This document shows positions 12,951 through 26,334 of a stretch of DNA of 64,000 nt, one piece after another. Position numbers and translations under genes: made by a program. Origin of the DNA: Octopus sinensis (Eukaryota); NCBI RefSeq assembly GCF_006345805.1, contig NC_042997.1, forward strand, positions 142,352,001-142,416,000, written 5' to 3'. Each line of letters starts with the position of its first letter. Position 1 is the first letter of the stretch. The notes beneath the pieces were generated by a model. That model saw nothing but the letters and a program-made list of their open reading frames with translations, was not told where the DNA came from and did no database searches.

Positions 12951-13505
12951 ATCACATCAGGACATTCATTGTTATTATTGACAAATCTTATCAAATAAAT
13001 GCAAGTTCTGAGCAAATCAAGTCTACAACCCAGTTTTTAATTCTGTATTAGAACCATTTTATCTTATTCTCATCACTGATATCTATAGAAAAGGCATTAA
13101 TGCAGTAAATCTAATTTTCCATCGAACCCTAGGCTTTGTATGTGTGTTAAAAATATTATTATTAGAAATAAAATTATCATTAGTTTTCTTTCTGAAATAA
13201 CTTATTTTTCTTTCATTGATTTATATTTAATCTATTGTTATAAACTTGTTTATTGACCATCTTTAATCAGCTTCTAGGAAACATTCAATTTTTTTGCTTT
13301 TATTATTTTTTTTGTTTTCGTTTCCTTATGTTATTTGTGGAATCACTTTACATTAATTATGGCATTGATTTTTAGCATTGCCAACAGTTGGATGTAAATT
13401 GCCGAAGAACTTAATTGCAGTGGAATCTATTTCAGTTCAGTGCAATCCTGGTCGATAATATTTGGAAAGTGCTAAATTTAGAAGCACTAGCCATCATTCT
13501 TATGA

Positions 13506-13507
<2 letters not shown>

Positions 13508-13588
<81 letters not shown>
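13508..13588. repeat. (TA)n microsatellite
   Basis: Direct inspection. Confidence 0.95.
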
Positions 13589-13590
<2 letters not shown>

Positions 13591-14646
13591 TGAATGATTG
13601 ATTGATTGATTGATACATAACTAGATAGATAGATGTAGATATAAATATGTGTATGTTTGGTATTGTATGTTATTGTGTTCCATAGTAAAAGCCAAGCTCA
13701 TAGCCTTAAGAGTTTGTCTCAAACTTGTAGGTTTTTGATCTAAAGTTATAACAATTATAGATATGAATATGGATAAAGCATGCTTGAAAGAAATAAGTTC
13801 AATGATTCTACATTATATGTAGTAAAATTAAATGTCGGCTTATTTTTATATCTATTTGATAAAAGTACTTGTTACTTTCTAGTAAAAATCATGCAATGTA
13901 AAATCTTGAAGGGATCAGTTGAAGTTTTATACATGGTCATTACCATTTAGTACCAAGGCAGTTGTCATCGAGTAATTTTATTTTCAGAGATATTCTGTCT
14001 ATGACCATTCTGCATTTTTAGAAGAGTGTAAGATTACATTATTTAATATACCCTTCCCTTAAGTGATTTTAGAGAGATTTGATTGCTATTTCTAGTATGA
14101 TGATCAACCATGCAGAAGCCGACTATGTAGAGGTTCCTTTGTTGGCTCATTTTAAAAATGGATATTATTCACCATCTGTGTACCCTGCTAAATGTATACA
14201 ACTGTTAGAAGCTGTTTGAAATATAATCTCTTCATAGACTTGTGTTAAAATCACGATTTATGTTAGTGTGAGACAACATTGTATGCTGCAGTGACTCATG
14301 AGAGCAAGAGACACATTTCACCTTTGTTGAGGTTTATCAGTACCATGCATTTGATTGTCATTTTCTTCAATGTAGAGGAAACCTTGAATGCGTCATTCAC
14401 TGGCATTGTGGAAGCTTGAAAGGGTATAGAAAATCTTGTTATACACATTTGGAACAGCATTAAATTTAATCACCATCAATGTCTCGTACTAAGTGTATAC
14501 ATATTGTTAGAAGACATGAATTTCTGGAATTGTCCGAGATAAAAATCTCTTCATAGACTTGTCGTAAAGGCATAACATGTATAAATCAGAGCAAGATGAA
14601 CATCATTGCTGTAGTGACTCATTAAGGTAAGAGATGCATTTTACCT

Positions 14647-14875
14647 ATTTCTTTACTACCCACAAGGGGCTAAACACAGAAGGGGACAAACAAGGACAGA
14701 CAAACGAATTAAGTCGATTATATCGACCCCAGTGCATAACTGGTACTTATTTAATTGACCCCGTAAGGATGAAAGGCAAAGTTGACCTTGGCGGAATTTG
14801 AACTCAGAACGTAGCGGCAGACAAAATACCGCTAAGCATTTCGCCCGGCATGCTAGCTTTTCTGCCAGCTCGCTA
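14647..14875 (-). mobile_element. SINE family B (V-domain-like core) with 15-bp target site duplication
   Basis: TSD agatgcattttacct at 14632-14646 and 14876-14890. Minus strand has GAGTTCAAATTCC (B box) and an actttgcctttcatcctt core. Confidence 0.9.
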
Positions 14876-15940
14876 AGATGCATTTTACCTTTGTTGGTGT
14901 TTGTCAATGCCATGAATTCAGTTGTCGCTTGCTTAAAGGGAATCCAGGCTTTGATATACTGGAAACAATAAACAAAATATTACCTGCTATTAAAGAGGTT
15001 TACTGCACATGTATTGCGTTATTCTTGTCCTGCAGCAGTTTTAATGGAACATAAAAGATGTCAGGCTCACCTGTCTTAGAGGGCCTGTAAAGATCATGGG
15101 CATTCCTCTTCTTCCAGACACAGGGAGAAAAAGCAACAACAACAGAAATGGGATTTTTCTTTTTATTCTCCAGCACAGTCTAAGAGTTTTCCACATTTCA
15201 TTTGCCCTTATATAAATTTTTCTTTTACACCTCTTTCATGTCGAATGAAAATTTCCACAGTCTGAAATCTAACGACATTAGATAGATGCTCTGTGATATT
15301 TTCTGATGTCTATCTGCAGTTTGCCTTCATACCGAAAAAAATCTCCTGTTAATATGTATCTATTGTGATTTACTTTTGGAAGGGGGAAAAAAAAACTGGC
15401 TGAAGGTCAGATTGCTGTGACACTTAGTTGATTTCCCTGATGTTTATTTACAACACTGTAATTATAAAGATTTTCATATAAGAAGTGTTGATTTGATGAT
15501 GAAGTGATATTAATTGCACTGTTTAAAGCTGAAGCAGTCATTGATTCAATGGCTCATAGCTTTAACTTATACTAAATGTGTTTGTTGCTTTAGTGAACTT
15601 TACCAGCATACATCAGATCATACACGCAACACTTAAAAGCTGCTACAGAGAATGAAAACAGGCTACTACTTACTACTGCACACACATATATCAATGTTGA
15701 TGTTCTTGAGTCATAATATTAATATATTATTATAATTTTTTTATTTTTGTGTGTGTGAGTGATTTTGTTGAACTCCAGCAGCTGCTGACTGCTTGCTATT
15801 GTGCAAGATAAGGAAGAACACTTGCTTCACCATTTCACCTTTTCTCCAAATCAACACTCCAGCCTATTTCACTTCACACACACCCACACACCAACTCAAA
15901 CATTAGTTTTTTATATATATATATTTGGCATATATAGCTG

Positions 15941-16334
15941 TAAGCATGGCTGTGTGGTTAAGAAACTTACTTTGCAACTAAATGGTCATGGGTTCAGTCC
16001 TACTGAAAGGCACCTTGAGCAAGAGTCTTTTACTGTATAGCCCTAGGCTAACTAATGTCTTGTGAGTGAATATGATAGAAACTGTGTGGAAGCCCATCAT
16101 GAGTGTGTGTAAATGTGTTTGTTTGTGTATGTGTTCATGTGTCATGTTTGTGTCTGTCACTGACCAGTATTTCATTTATGCCCTATCACTTAGCAGTTCA
16201 GCAAAAGAAACCAATAGAATAAGTAGCAGATCTAAAAATAAAGTACTATGGTTGATTTATTTGACTAAACCCATCAAGATGGTGCTCCAGCATGGCTGCA
16301 GTTCAGTGAGTGAAACAAGTAAAAAGTAAAAGAT
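15941..16334 (+). mobile_element. tRNA-derived SINE family A, near full length
   Basis: Head ggctgtgtggttaag...gggttcagtcc (A/B boxes); tail ggtgctccagcatggctgcag...gaaacaagtaaaaag. Many sister copies in the window. Confidence 0.85.
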
Positions 16335-16546
16335 GTAATGAACATTAGATGTATAAAAACATAGACTATTTAATATTTTTACTCTTCTTACTTGTTTCAG
16401 GCATGCGGCTGCGGTCATGCTGGAGTACATGAATTTAAAAATTATCTTTTTAAAATACTTTTGCAGATCTAAGCACTGCTCAGTGTTTGTGTGTGTGTGT
16501 TTGTGCACATACAAATGCATAAGTGAAATATTCCCAGAACCCAGTA

Positions 16547-16945
16547 AGGGGGTGAGCTGGCAGAAACGTTAGCTCGCCGGGCAAAATGCTTACCGGTATT
16601 TTGTCTGACGTTACATTCTGGGTTCAAATTCCACCGAGGTCGACTTTGCCTTCCACCCTTTCGGGGTTGATAAATTAAGTACCAGTTACGCACTGGAGTC
16701 GATATAATCGACTTAATCCGTCTGTCTGTCCTTGTTTGTCTCCTCTGTATTTAGCCCCTTGTGGGTAGTAAAGAAATAGGTATTTCATCTGCCTTTACGT
16801 TCTGAGTTCAAATTCTGCCAAGGTCAACTTTGCCTTTTGTCCTCTCAGGGTTGCTAAACTAAGTACCAGTTGTGCACTGGGGTCAATCTAGTCAACTGGT
16901 CCCCTCCCCCAAACTTTTGAGCCTTGTGCCCAGAGTAGAAAAGAT
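16547..16945 (+). mobile_element. SINE family B, dimeric arrangement
   Basis: gagctggcagaaacgttag head; the gttcaaattc...gtcgactttgccttccaccctttcggggttgataaattaagtaccag core is repeated at ~16790-16880. Confidence 0.85.
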
Positions 16946-17093
16946 TCCCAGAAACCCAGTATTGTATCTTTGTATACTACCTTTTGATTTTGTATGTTGT
17001 GATTAAGAGCACCAGTCCATTCCTTTCTAAGCTATTGAATATGATGAAATTTATCAGCCTAAAGGAAATGGCTCTAACTAGAAGTCCAGGATG

Positions 17094-17395
17094 TTTGTTT
17101 CTTCTCGAGCCATGCCTGGCTCATAAGGGCCGGTTTCCCAGTTTCCTTGGTGTATAGGTTCCCCACCTGGACAAGACGCCAGTCCGTCACAGGTGAGCTG
17201 CAAGATGCAGGAGGAAAGAGTGAGAGCAAGTTGTGGCAAAAGAGTCAGCAGAAGTTCACCATTACCTTCTGTTGGAGCCACGTGGAGCTTAGGTGTTTCA
17301 CTCATAAACACACACATCACCCAGTCTGAGATTCGAATCCGCGATCCCTCGACTGCAAGTCTGCTGCTCTAACCACTAGGCCATATGCCTCCACC
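17094..17395 (-). mobile_element. tRNA-derived SINE family C with 14-bp target site duplication
   Basis: TSD agaagtccaggatg at 17080-17093 and 17396-17409. Minus-strand A box TGGCCTAGTGG and B box GATTCGAATC. Confidence 0.9.
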
Positions 17396-17484
17396 AGAAG
17401 TCCAGGATGGTAAATGATGACCAGTACATATGCTGGCCATACAACACACTCAGAAATAAAACAAATTTTATATGATAGCTTCTA

Positions 17485-17566
17485 CATATTATCTAGCAAC
17501 ATTGCATTTATCTGCATATTATCTAGCAACATTGCATTTATCTGCATATTATCTAGCAACATTGCA
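17485..17566. repeat. 30-bp minisatellite, ~2.7 copies
   Basis: catattatctagcaacattgcatttatctg repeated exactly. Confidence 0.95.
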
Positions 17567-17989
17567 ACGCTTTTATATGCACGCATGTACACACACATAC
17601 ACACTCATTCATTCCTACTTAATAAGAAAATTATGTTCAGTAGTGATGCTAAACTGCTGGACTGCTAATGAATTAAAATCATGCCAAGTATTGTGTCCTT
17701 GCCCAAAGCTATCTAAATGAAAAATTCATAGCTGAATAGTTGCTTAAGAAAGACCACTCAAGTGTAAAAACATCTGCTTCAATTGTAGATTTGCATATAT
17801 AAATTATCCAACCTATAGAACAAGCATGACTGTGTTGTTGAGAATCTTGCTTCCTAAGCATGTGACTTTGAGTTCAGTCCTACCATGTAGCAATTGGGGC
17901 AAGTGTCTTCTACTATAGCCCTAGGCTGATCAAAGCCTTACAAATGGATTTGGTGGATAGAAACTGAAGGAAGCCTGTCAGGAGCAGTA

Positions 17990-18007
17990 TTATATATACA
18001 TACATAC

Positions 18008-18048
<41 letters not shown>

Positions 18049-18077
18049 CATACATATATATATACATACATACATAT

Positions 18078-18127
<50 letters not shown>

Positions 18128-18160
18128 ATATATATATATATATAGTGTGTGTGTGTTTGT
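17990..18160. repeat. Compound (TACA)n/(TA)n/(TG)n microsatellite
   Basis: Direct inspection. Confidence 0.95.
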
Positions 18161-19029
18161 GTCTACTTGTGTTGACATCACATGATTGCTGTAAATGAAT
18201 GTTGTTCACTTCTAATGTTCTGTTAAAAAAGGTGAAAGCTGGTGACATGAAGGGCATATGGTCATAGAAAACCTACCTCAACAAATTCTCTTTGATCTAT
18301 GCAAGCATGGAAAAATGGACATTAAATGATGGTGATGGAACAACTTATGAAAATCTCTATAACTTGAGATGTTCTTCATTGCATAAAGATACAATTGAAT
18401 CATTTTAATTTAATTTTAGTTAAGATTTTGCTTAACTATCATATATCGCCAACAGTTTTATCACCATCCTTCCTTTTATGCATTTTCTATAATACAGCAG
18501 TTTATTTGCCATAACTTACACGTTATTAATTTATTTGTCCAACCCATTTAATTTTCCTTTCTGTGGGCTTTTGAGAAATTCCCTTTCAGATGCATCCAAA
18601 TAAATAAATAAATGAAAGGAGTATTCTTAGTTGAATTCAACAATAGTTTTCGGAACCAGCCAATACCTTGTAACAAAAGTACTCTTGCCATTTCTTCTCC
18701 TCCCATTAACTGCATTTGTTGGTTATTATAATGCAGCAAACATCTTGTGCTTTATCACTGTTGAATCTTTACAGTAGCAGAGGCTGTGTAGTTATTGTAC
18801 GAGCAGCACAATAAACGGAAGGTGGGGGGTGATAATGTCTGACAAGTTTTAGTTTATTGATCTTTTATGAATCACTTTTTTGATTGTATTTATGAAAATT
18901 TCTTCTTTCAGAATGATTATTTTTGCAGAAAAAAAAGATTCCTTTCATTCTTTCACTTTCTTCGTCTCTGCTCAATTATTATTACTTTCCTTTATGTTTT
19001 TTCTACCATTTATTTTGCCTCTTACTATG

Positions 19030-19083
<54 letters not shown>

Positions 19084-19574
19084 TTTCTCTCTCTCATATA
19101 TATATGTGTATATATATATATGTGTGTATGTGTGTGTGTATACTCACACATACATAATGACGTGTGCAGCACAGACATGTACAAGCATGCACACTTACAC
19201 ACATATTTAATTGTACTAATCTCTCTCTCTTCTCAGGTACCTTCCACCATTGTTTAACCTTCCCCTCTCTACTTCAAATGTAACTTATTTCTATTTTCTT
19301 AGTGTTTCTCTTTCCCACATTCTTTTTTTACTTCACTTTTACTGTTGCTATTCCACATTCCTTTCAAATATTCCATATTCTTTCTATTCTTGTTATTCTG
19401 CTCTCTCTCTCTCTCTCCTTTTTTTTTTTGTTTGCTTTAAAGGGAATGCATTTCCATTCAGTTCAACAATAGAGAGTAAATTCGAACAAGGAAAAATCCC
19501 CAGAGTTTATCTGCATTACAATACTTAGATCCTGTTTTAAGTGAGACAGCTCAATAAGTGAATATCTTTTCAAG

Positions 19575-19808
19575 TTACCTTCTTTTAGTATTGATTTCAA
19601 ATTTTGGCACAAGGCCTAGCAAGTTTGAGGGGCCAGATGAGTCAGTTACATTGACCCCTGTGCTCAACTAGTACTTAATTTATTGACCCAAAAAGGGCGA
19701 AAGGCAAAACTGATCTCATCAGAATTTGAACTCAGAATGTAAAAACAGACAAAATACTGCTAAGCATTTTTGCCTGGCGTGCTAACAATTCTGCCATCTC
19801 ACCACCTT
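19575..19808 (-). mobile_element. SINE family B, diverged
   Basis: Reverse complement of the family B head and core. Confidence 0.75.
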
Positions 19809-20085
19809 CTTCCTTTTCTTTAATATTAAAAATTAGACTTTTGTTGCTTTATCACAAAGCCTTTTGTAGCAGCATTATTATTTTAGTATATAAGGGCTTT
19901 TGCTATACAGCTTTACTGAATTGGCATTCTGAGCAACCTTAAAAATTTAATTAGATTGTTCTGATGTTTATATACAAAAGGAATAAACTGAACATAAACA
20001 GAAAAATAATACTAATATTAAGACAGAAATCAATACTAGGAAGCCCAGTGCTTGAATAATGTGTGTATGTGTGTGTGTGTGTGTG

Positions 20086-20256
20086 TGCATGATGGGCTTC
20101 TTTCAGTTTCCATCTTCAAAATCTACTCACAAGGCTTTGGTCAGCGTGAGGCTATAGTAGAAAACACTTGCCCAAGGTGCCACACAGTGGAACTGAACCT
20201 GGAACTATGTGGTTGGGAAGCAAGCTTCTTACCACACAGCCACACTTGTGCCTATG
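20086..20256 (-). mobile_element. SINE family A 5' half
   Basis: gggcttctttcagtttcc...cttgcccaaggtgccac...cttaccacacagccac. Confidence 0.8.
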
Positions 20257-21424
20257 TTGATTGAGATTCCAATACATGATCATCTGCAGTAGAATCAGCA
20301 TCAGTGTCTTAATGTCTGCTTTTCCACACTTGCATGTGTCAGATGGAATTTATTGAAGAAATTTTCAGCAACCAGATGCTCTTCCAGTTGCCAATCCTCA
20401 TTTGTTTCTAGACAAGGTATTATTCCCTCTTGACTGGACATATTTTCATGGAAGATTGGAAATAAATGCTACCACTTGTATGATGATAGTACTTCTTCAC
20501 AACTTCCATGTCATGTCAAAACTAGAATACACATACACACACACACACACACATTTGCTCACATATTTTAATACTTACAATTTTGATGCTTAGAAGTAAA
20601 ACCTGTTACTCTTTTTAATGTAGGAGCTCTGAAAGGGGTCTCAGGAAGTAGTGTCTCTGCCTTCCTGAGCTAGTTTTCTTAAAAACTATGGTAGAAGCCT
20701 TGGTCTTGGAACCACTCATGTTTAGAAACTGATATTGATTGTAAGCAAGGGCATGCTCCCCCTAGAACATCCAGCTCCAAAAAAGCCTCATGATAGCAAA
20801 GGAGAATGGGCAGCAGCCAGCCCAAAGGTTGGGGTGGGCTGCACCTGCCTTCCTCAGTTGCTATGGCATAGAGGTAGATCCTGCCACCCCCATTAATGAG
20901 GACAAAACCCAGATTTAAAACACTGGATGATTATGATGAATGTAGCTTAATTCAGTAAGGACACATGGCCTGGTGGTTAGAGTGTTGCACTCAGAATTGC
21001 GAGATCATGGTTTCAGTTCGTAGATTGGGTGTTGCATTGTGTTCTTGAACAAAACACTTCATCTCATGTTGCTCTGCAATCACATCGACACCTGACATGT
21101 AGTACACCATACACCTGTTCAAGCAAAGTAGATTTGATGGAGAGAGTGAGCTAATGTGCAGCACATACATTTTTATTCTTTTATTATTCTATTTATTTCA
21201 GTCATTTGACTGCAGCCATGCTGGAACACAACCTTTTTAGTCGAACAAATTGACCCCAGAACTTATTCTTTGTAAGCCTAGTATTTATTCTATCAGTCTT
21301 TTTTGCTGAACCGCTAAGTTACAGGGACGTAAACATACCAACTTCAGTTGTCAAGCGATGATGGGGAACAATCACAGACGCACAAACACATACACATACC
21401 TATATATACATATATATATATATA

Positions 21425-22710
21425 TCAGGTCATCCCATAAGTTCTGCCCGATTTTACCTTTTTTAAAATTGAATGAAATTTAATAGTATTTTAGAATGTC
21501 TAATGGAATTAAAAATTATTTTTATGCATTTGTGTACATTTAAACTTATTAAATATTATTTTACAGAATAATAGAATTAAAATTTCTTTCATTAAAACCC
21601 TTTCTAACATGGAAGTATCCAAAGAGCATTTAAGCCACGTAATGCTTTGAGTACAAAAAAGGAAAGTCTGCAGCCGAAGCGACTCGAAACATACACTCAG
21701 TTTATGGGAATGAATGCTTGAATGAAAGAACTTGCAGAAGATGGTTTGCAAAATTCAGGAGTGGAGATTTCAGCCTTGAAGGTGAAGATCAAACAGGACA
21801 TCCAGTTGAGTTTGATGATAAGCTCCTTGAGACATTACTTGAAGAAAATCCTGCATTATCAGTTGAAGAATTGGCGATAAAGCTTAGTTCAAACCATACA
21901 ACTGTTCGTCGTCATCTTCAACAACTTGGGAAGATTCCTAAATTTGGAAAATGGGTGTCTCATGAATTGTCCGAAAGCAACCGCAAATCCCGAGTTGACA
22001 TCTGCTCTTGTCTCCATTTTCATGAACTCATTTCACCCTTTTTGGATAGACTTGTGACTGGTGAAATCAAATAGATCTTCTATCGAAATTTTAAATGTTG
22101 TAAACAGTGGCTTGGTAAAAGGGAAAAAGCTCAACCACAGCCGAGAAGGGAACTCCATTGAAAAAAGGTTCTTCTCTCTATCTGGTGTGATTGCAAAGGA
22201 GTAATTCACTTTGAATTGTAACCACCTAATGCAACAATCAATGCTCAAGTCTACTGTCAGCAATTAGAGTGTTTGAACCAAGATATGAAGGGAAAAAGAC
22301 CCGCTTTAGTGAATCGAATAGGGGTGATGTTTCATCAGGACAATGCGCAACATCACACTGCAAAGATCACATCACAGAAGATTGAAGAGCTTGGTTGTGA
22401 AAAAATTCCTCATCCACCTTATTCTCCCAACCTTGCTCCTTCAGACAACTATTTGTTTCATAGTTTACAGAATCATTTGGGGGACATAACTTTCGCAAGC
22501 CAGGAGGAGGTCGAAACTGACATTTCAGATTTCTTCACTTTGAAACCAAAGGAGTTTTACATTGATGGGATTAAAAAGCTTGTAAATAGATGGAAGGAAG
22601 TCATAGATAATCAGGGAAAGTACATTGATGATTAAATTTCAATTAAATATAACATTTGATCACTTGTTTTCTTTGTTCAAAATTCGGACACAACTTATGG
22701 GATGACCTGA
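21425..22710 (+). mobile_element. Full-length mariner (DD34D-type) transposon, 1286 bp
   Basis: ~30-bp TIRs tcaggtcatcccataagttctgcccgatttt / aattcggacacaacttatgggatgacctga; TA flanks; transposase remnant inside. Confidence 0.95.
21609..22635 (+). pseudogene. Mariner transposase pseudogene
   Basis: MEVSKEHL..., HTH RTCRRWFAKFRSGDFSLE, WVSHEL (WVPHEL), LVTGEIK* (TGDEKW), MFHQDNA, HPPYSPNLAPSDNYLF. One early frameshift near 21647 and three in-frame stops. Confidence 0.95.
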
Positions 22711-24761
22711 TATATATATATGTGACAGGCTTCTTTCAGTTTCCATCTACCAAATCCACTCATAAGGCTTTGATCAGCCTGAGGCTATAGTAGAGGACAC
22801 TTGCCCAAGGTGCCATGCAGTGGGACTGAACCCAGAACCATGTGGTTGGTAAGCAAGCTACTTAGAACAAACAAATTTGTGCAGGTTGTTCTGTAAAAGC
22901 TGAGTACTCAAACATTGTCTTTGATGGGAGAGTCCATCAGTTCAGTAATTATTATCTAATATCAGTTCAGAAGAATTTTTGTCTAGTGTTCCATATGCCT
23001 TTTCTGACAGTCATTTCCTAAATACGTTGTAATAAAATAAATTAAAAAAACAAAAAAGCAAAAATCATAAAATGGAAATTTCACATCTCTGTTGGCCATG
23101 AAAGAGCAACCATTTTTACAAGTTATTTAACAAGTAACGCAACACTTCTTACATATCAGCTGTTGCATAAGTTATTTAGTGTTTAGAATTTGATACCAAA
23201 TGAGGATGGCAAAAAAAAAATACAACAGCAACAAAATAATAATGAAAATTAAAAAAAAAAAAGCAAAAGTGAAGCCTTGTAAATATATATTAGAAGAACA
23301 ATAAATTTGAATCAACCTGCTGATATGCTGAAAGGGCTCATTAAGAACAAGCCAACATTTATTTATAGACTATATTTTCCTCTTTTAAAAACAGAGTTAG
23401 CTGAGGACTGAATTCATATGTAACAAACTGAACATTTCAAACTGTAATAATGTGCTAATTTAATTTCAAATATGAAAAAATATTCTCTCTATTTATCAAT
23501 TTTTTTTTTCATTTTTAAGATTGACAAAGAAACATTCATCAACCCAAGATTTTCTTCACATTCTTTTTGTTATGAATTTCTATCAAAAAAATATAATTTA
23601 TTTTTTCCAAAGATATGTGATTTTAAGAGCAGAGATTGCCCATCCTCTCCATCTTTCTCATCTCTATATTTGATAGTTGTCTTTCTCATCTGCTTTTTGT
23701 TTTGTTTTCTAGTCAGTTTTATTTCCCCTTTTTTTTTCCTAATTATTTGAAAGTAAGAAATAATAATAAGATAAACAAATAAAATAAGAAAATTATATAG
23801 AGGGAAAAAAAAAGGCAGTAAAATATATGTATTCCTAAAATTTAATTCCAGTCCACAAAAGAAAAAAAATAATAAAATGAGACAAATATCATCTATAGAT
23901 ATTAATTCTATTGTTATTAAGCATCTCTGTTGGTGTATATTGCCTTTACACACACACATGTATTTGTGTGTGAATTTGCCTGAATCTAAATATATTTCAT
24001 TTGTCTATGTATTTAAATAAAATAGGTCTGATGTGAAGATAGTCTATTGTTTGACTGACATTTTGCTATGTTTTGTAGCTCTAGTTGTCTTTAGCTACAA
24101 CTAAATTCAAATAACTTTTTAAAATATAATCTTACCATAGCAGTGTTGAAGATTTTTATCACATTTGAATGCTGTTTTTTTCTTCCTCCTTTTGTGGTGA
24201 ATTGGCTCAGTTTAAGAATTAGAGAGATTGTTATTTAGTGATTTAGATAATATAGTGAAGAATAAACCTTCATATTAGAAGTTCAAATGTTGCCATTATG
24301 CATGGTGCTCTGTGACATTACTTTAATCAGCCTAATTGAAACTGGATATTCCATCTTTACAGATAAGTGTTTGGTGCTGGGATTGGCATCCAACAGTAAA
24401 TACTTTCTTCTGTAATTCATGCAGATATTCATTCAAATTGTTCTTGTGTAGAAAATAATGGGGGTTGAACCAAGATGACGACAAACAATTGTATCACTAT
24501 CTATGTATTATAAGAGGCATGATGCTGTAGAATTGTCTGAGATAAAATCTCTTCACAGCCTTGTTGTATTAAAAACATAGTTTATATTGGAGTATATATT
24601 TCAGACACTTCCTCAATTTCATATCTTCTAATGCTGTATATACATTTAGTATGATATACAGATGATGATTTTAATTTTATACTGAGTTTTTCTTCAGCTC
24701 AGCAAGCTTCCACAATACTAGTGAATGTTTTATTCACTGTTTCCTATACATCAATTCATGA

Positions 24762-25110
24762 AGTTTTAGTCAAGCAAATCGACCCCAGGACTTACTCTTT
24801 GTAAGCCTAGTACTTATTCTATCAGTCTCTTTTGCTGAACTGCTAAGTTACGGGGGACATAAACACACCAGCATTGGTTGTCAAGCAATGTTGTGGGGGA
24901 CAAACACAGACACACAACACACGCACACATACATATATACACATATACGACAGGCTTCTTTCAGTTTCCATCTACCAGATCCACTCACAAGGCTTTGGTC
25001 GGCCCGAGGCTATAGTAGAAAACACTTGCTCAAGGTGCCACGCAGTGGGACTGAACCCGGAATCACGTGATTGGTAAGCAAGCTACTTACCACACAGCCA
25101 CTCCTACACC
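24762..25110 (-). mobile_element. SINE family A
   Basis: Reverse complement of head, body and part of the tail. Confidence 0.85.
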
Positions 25111-25114
25111 TATT

Positions 25115-25390
25115 ATATACTTGATGTATATGCTTTGTGTATTTTCCGGTGGCTGCATTAGCATAGTGGAGTATATACATTCTCAAAGCGCTAGGTGTTA
25201 AAACACTTCAGAGTCATGGACAGGTGAGATAACTCACCTTCAATCCCAGTTGGGAGTGAATGAAGACGAGTTACCTCGCCTGGCCATGACTCTTGAAGTG
25301 TTTTAACGACCTAGCGCTTTGAGAATGTATATACTCCACCATGCTGTTGCAGCCACCAGAAAATACACGAAGCATATACATTAAGTATAT
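25115..25390. mobile_element. Near-palindromic foldback MITE (~276 bp)
   Basis: Arms of ~128 bp are reverse complements with scattered mismatches around a ~18-nt centre; ends lie in TA context. Confidence 0.85.
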
Positions 25391-25432
25391 GTGGTTAATA
25401 GTATTTATTATACTAGAGCTGCTTTTATTTTG

Positions 25433-25532
25433 NNNNNNNNNNNNNNNNNNNNNNNNNNNNNNNNNNNNNNNNNNNNNNNNNNNNNNNNNNNNNNNNNNNN
25501 NNNNNNNNNNNNNNNNNNNNNNNNNNNNNNNN
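25433..25532. other. Assembly gap (100 N)
   Basis: Run of exactly 100 N, typical of a placeholder gap of unknown size. Confidence 0.99.
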
Positions 25533-25705
25533 ATGCCTTAACGTAATTAGTTTGATACATCACTGTTTTAAGACTGAAATCCTAGCTGAGTTGTCTCTGC
25601 TTTTATCATCCTAAAGTCAAATTACTTGATCTTCTGCAAAATTGCATTGTATGCCCTGAAAGGAAATCGATATCACAAAATAACTAAATTTATAGTTTGG
25701 TGTGT

Positions 25706-26075
25706 GGAGGCGCAGTGGCCCAGTGGTTAGGGCAGTGGACTCATGGTCGTAGGATCGCGGTTTCAATTCCCAGAGTGTTTATTGAGCGAAAACACTTAAA
25801 ACTCCACGAGGCTCCGGCAGGGGGTGGTAGCGAACTCTGCTGTACTCTTTCACCACAACTATCTCTCACTCTTTCTTCCTGTTTCTGTTGTACCTGTATT
25901 TCAAAGGGCCAGCCTTGTCACACTCTGTCACGCTGAATCTCCCTGAGAACTACGTTAAGGGTACATGTGCCTGTGGAGTGCTCAGCCTCTTGCATGTTAA
26001 TTTCATGAGTAGACTGTTCCATCGGACTGCTCCAGATCAACTGGAACCCTTGTCATCGTAACTGACGGAGTGCCA
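25706..26075 (+). mobile_element. tRNA-derived SINE family C-related
   Basis: ggaggcgcagtggcccagtggttagggc...ggtttcaattccc head; the body shares ctccacgaggctcc and ccacaact-tctctcactcttt with 17094-17395. Confidence 0.8.
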
Positions 26076-26334
26076 TGAGGAGTTTGGTGTTGTGTAATCC
26101 AACGTTAAACTGATCAAGTAGACTTAATCTTAATCAAAGATGTTCCAACTATGACCTTCACAACATTTTGTATATCCATTATTTACATTATTTACAGTTG
26201 ATGGATATTTGTCCTCATCTTGTTTGTTGGAGACCCTGGAAAAGGTTATGACCATTTTCCTGTCTCTTGATTAAGGGATTAAAAAAAAAACAAGACAAAA
26301 TATAAAGTTACTCTTATTGCAGGGAGTGGATTTG

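Larger units (their letters stand above)
21172..22864 (-). mobile_element. SINE family A copy split by the mariner insertion
   Basis: Tail at 21172-21424 and head at ~22713-22864 are collinear on either side of the mariner. Confidence 0.8.

Noticed and set aside
21718-22635. Intact or domesticated (SETMAR-like) transposase gene
   Set aside because: Frameshift, in-frame stops, a damaged first catalytic motif, intact TIRs and no SET exon.
25341-25541. ORF spanning the N run
   Set aside because: Artefact of translating the assembly gap.
17300-25770. tRNA-like A/B boxes (e.g. 17330-17395, 25706-25770, 15941-16010)
   Set aside because: They are SINE heads continuing into SINE bodies, one with a clear TSD; no complete cloverleaf.
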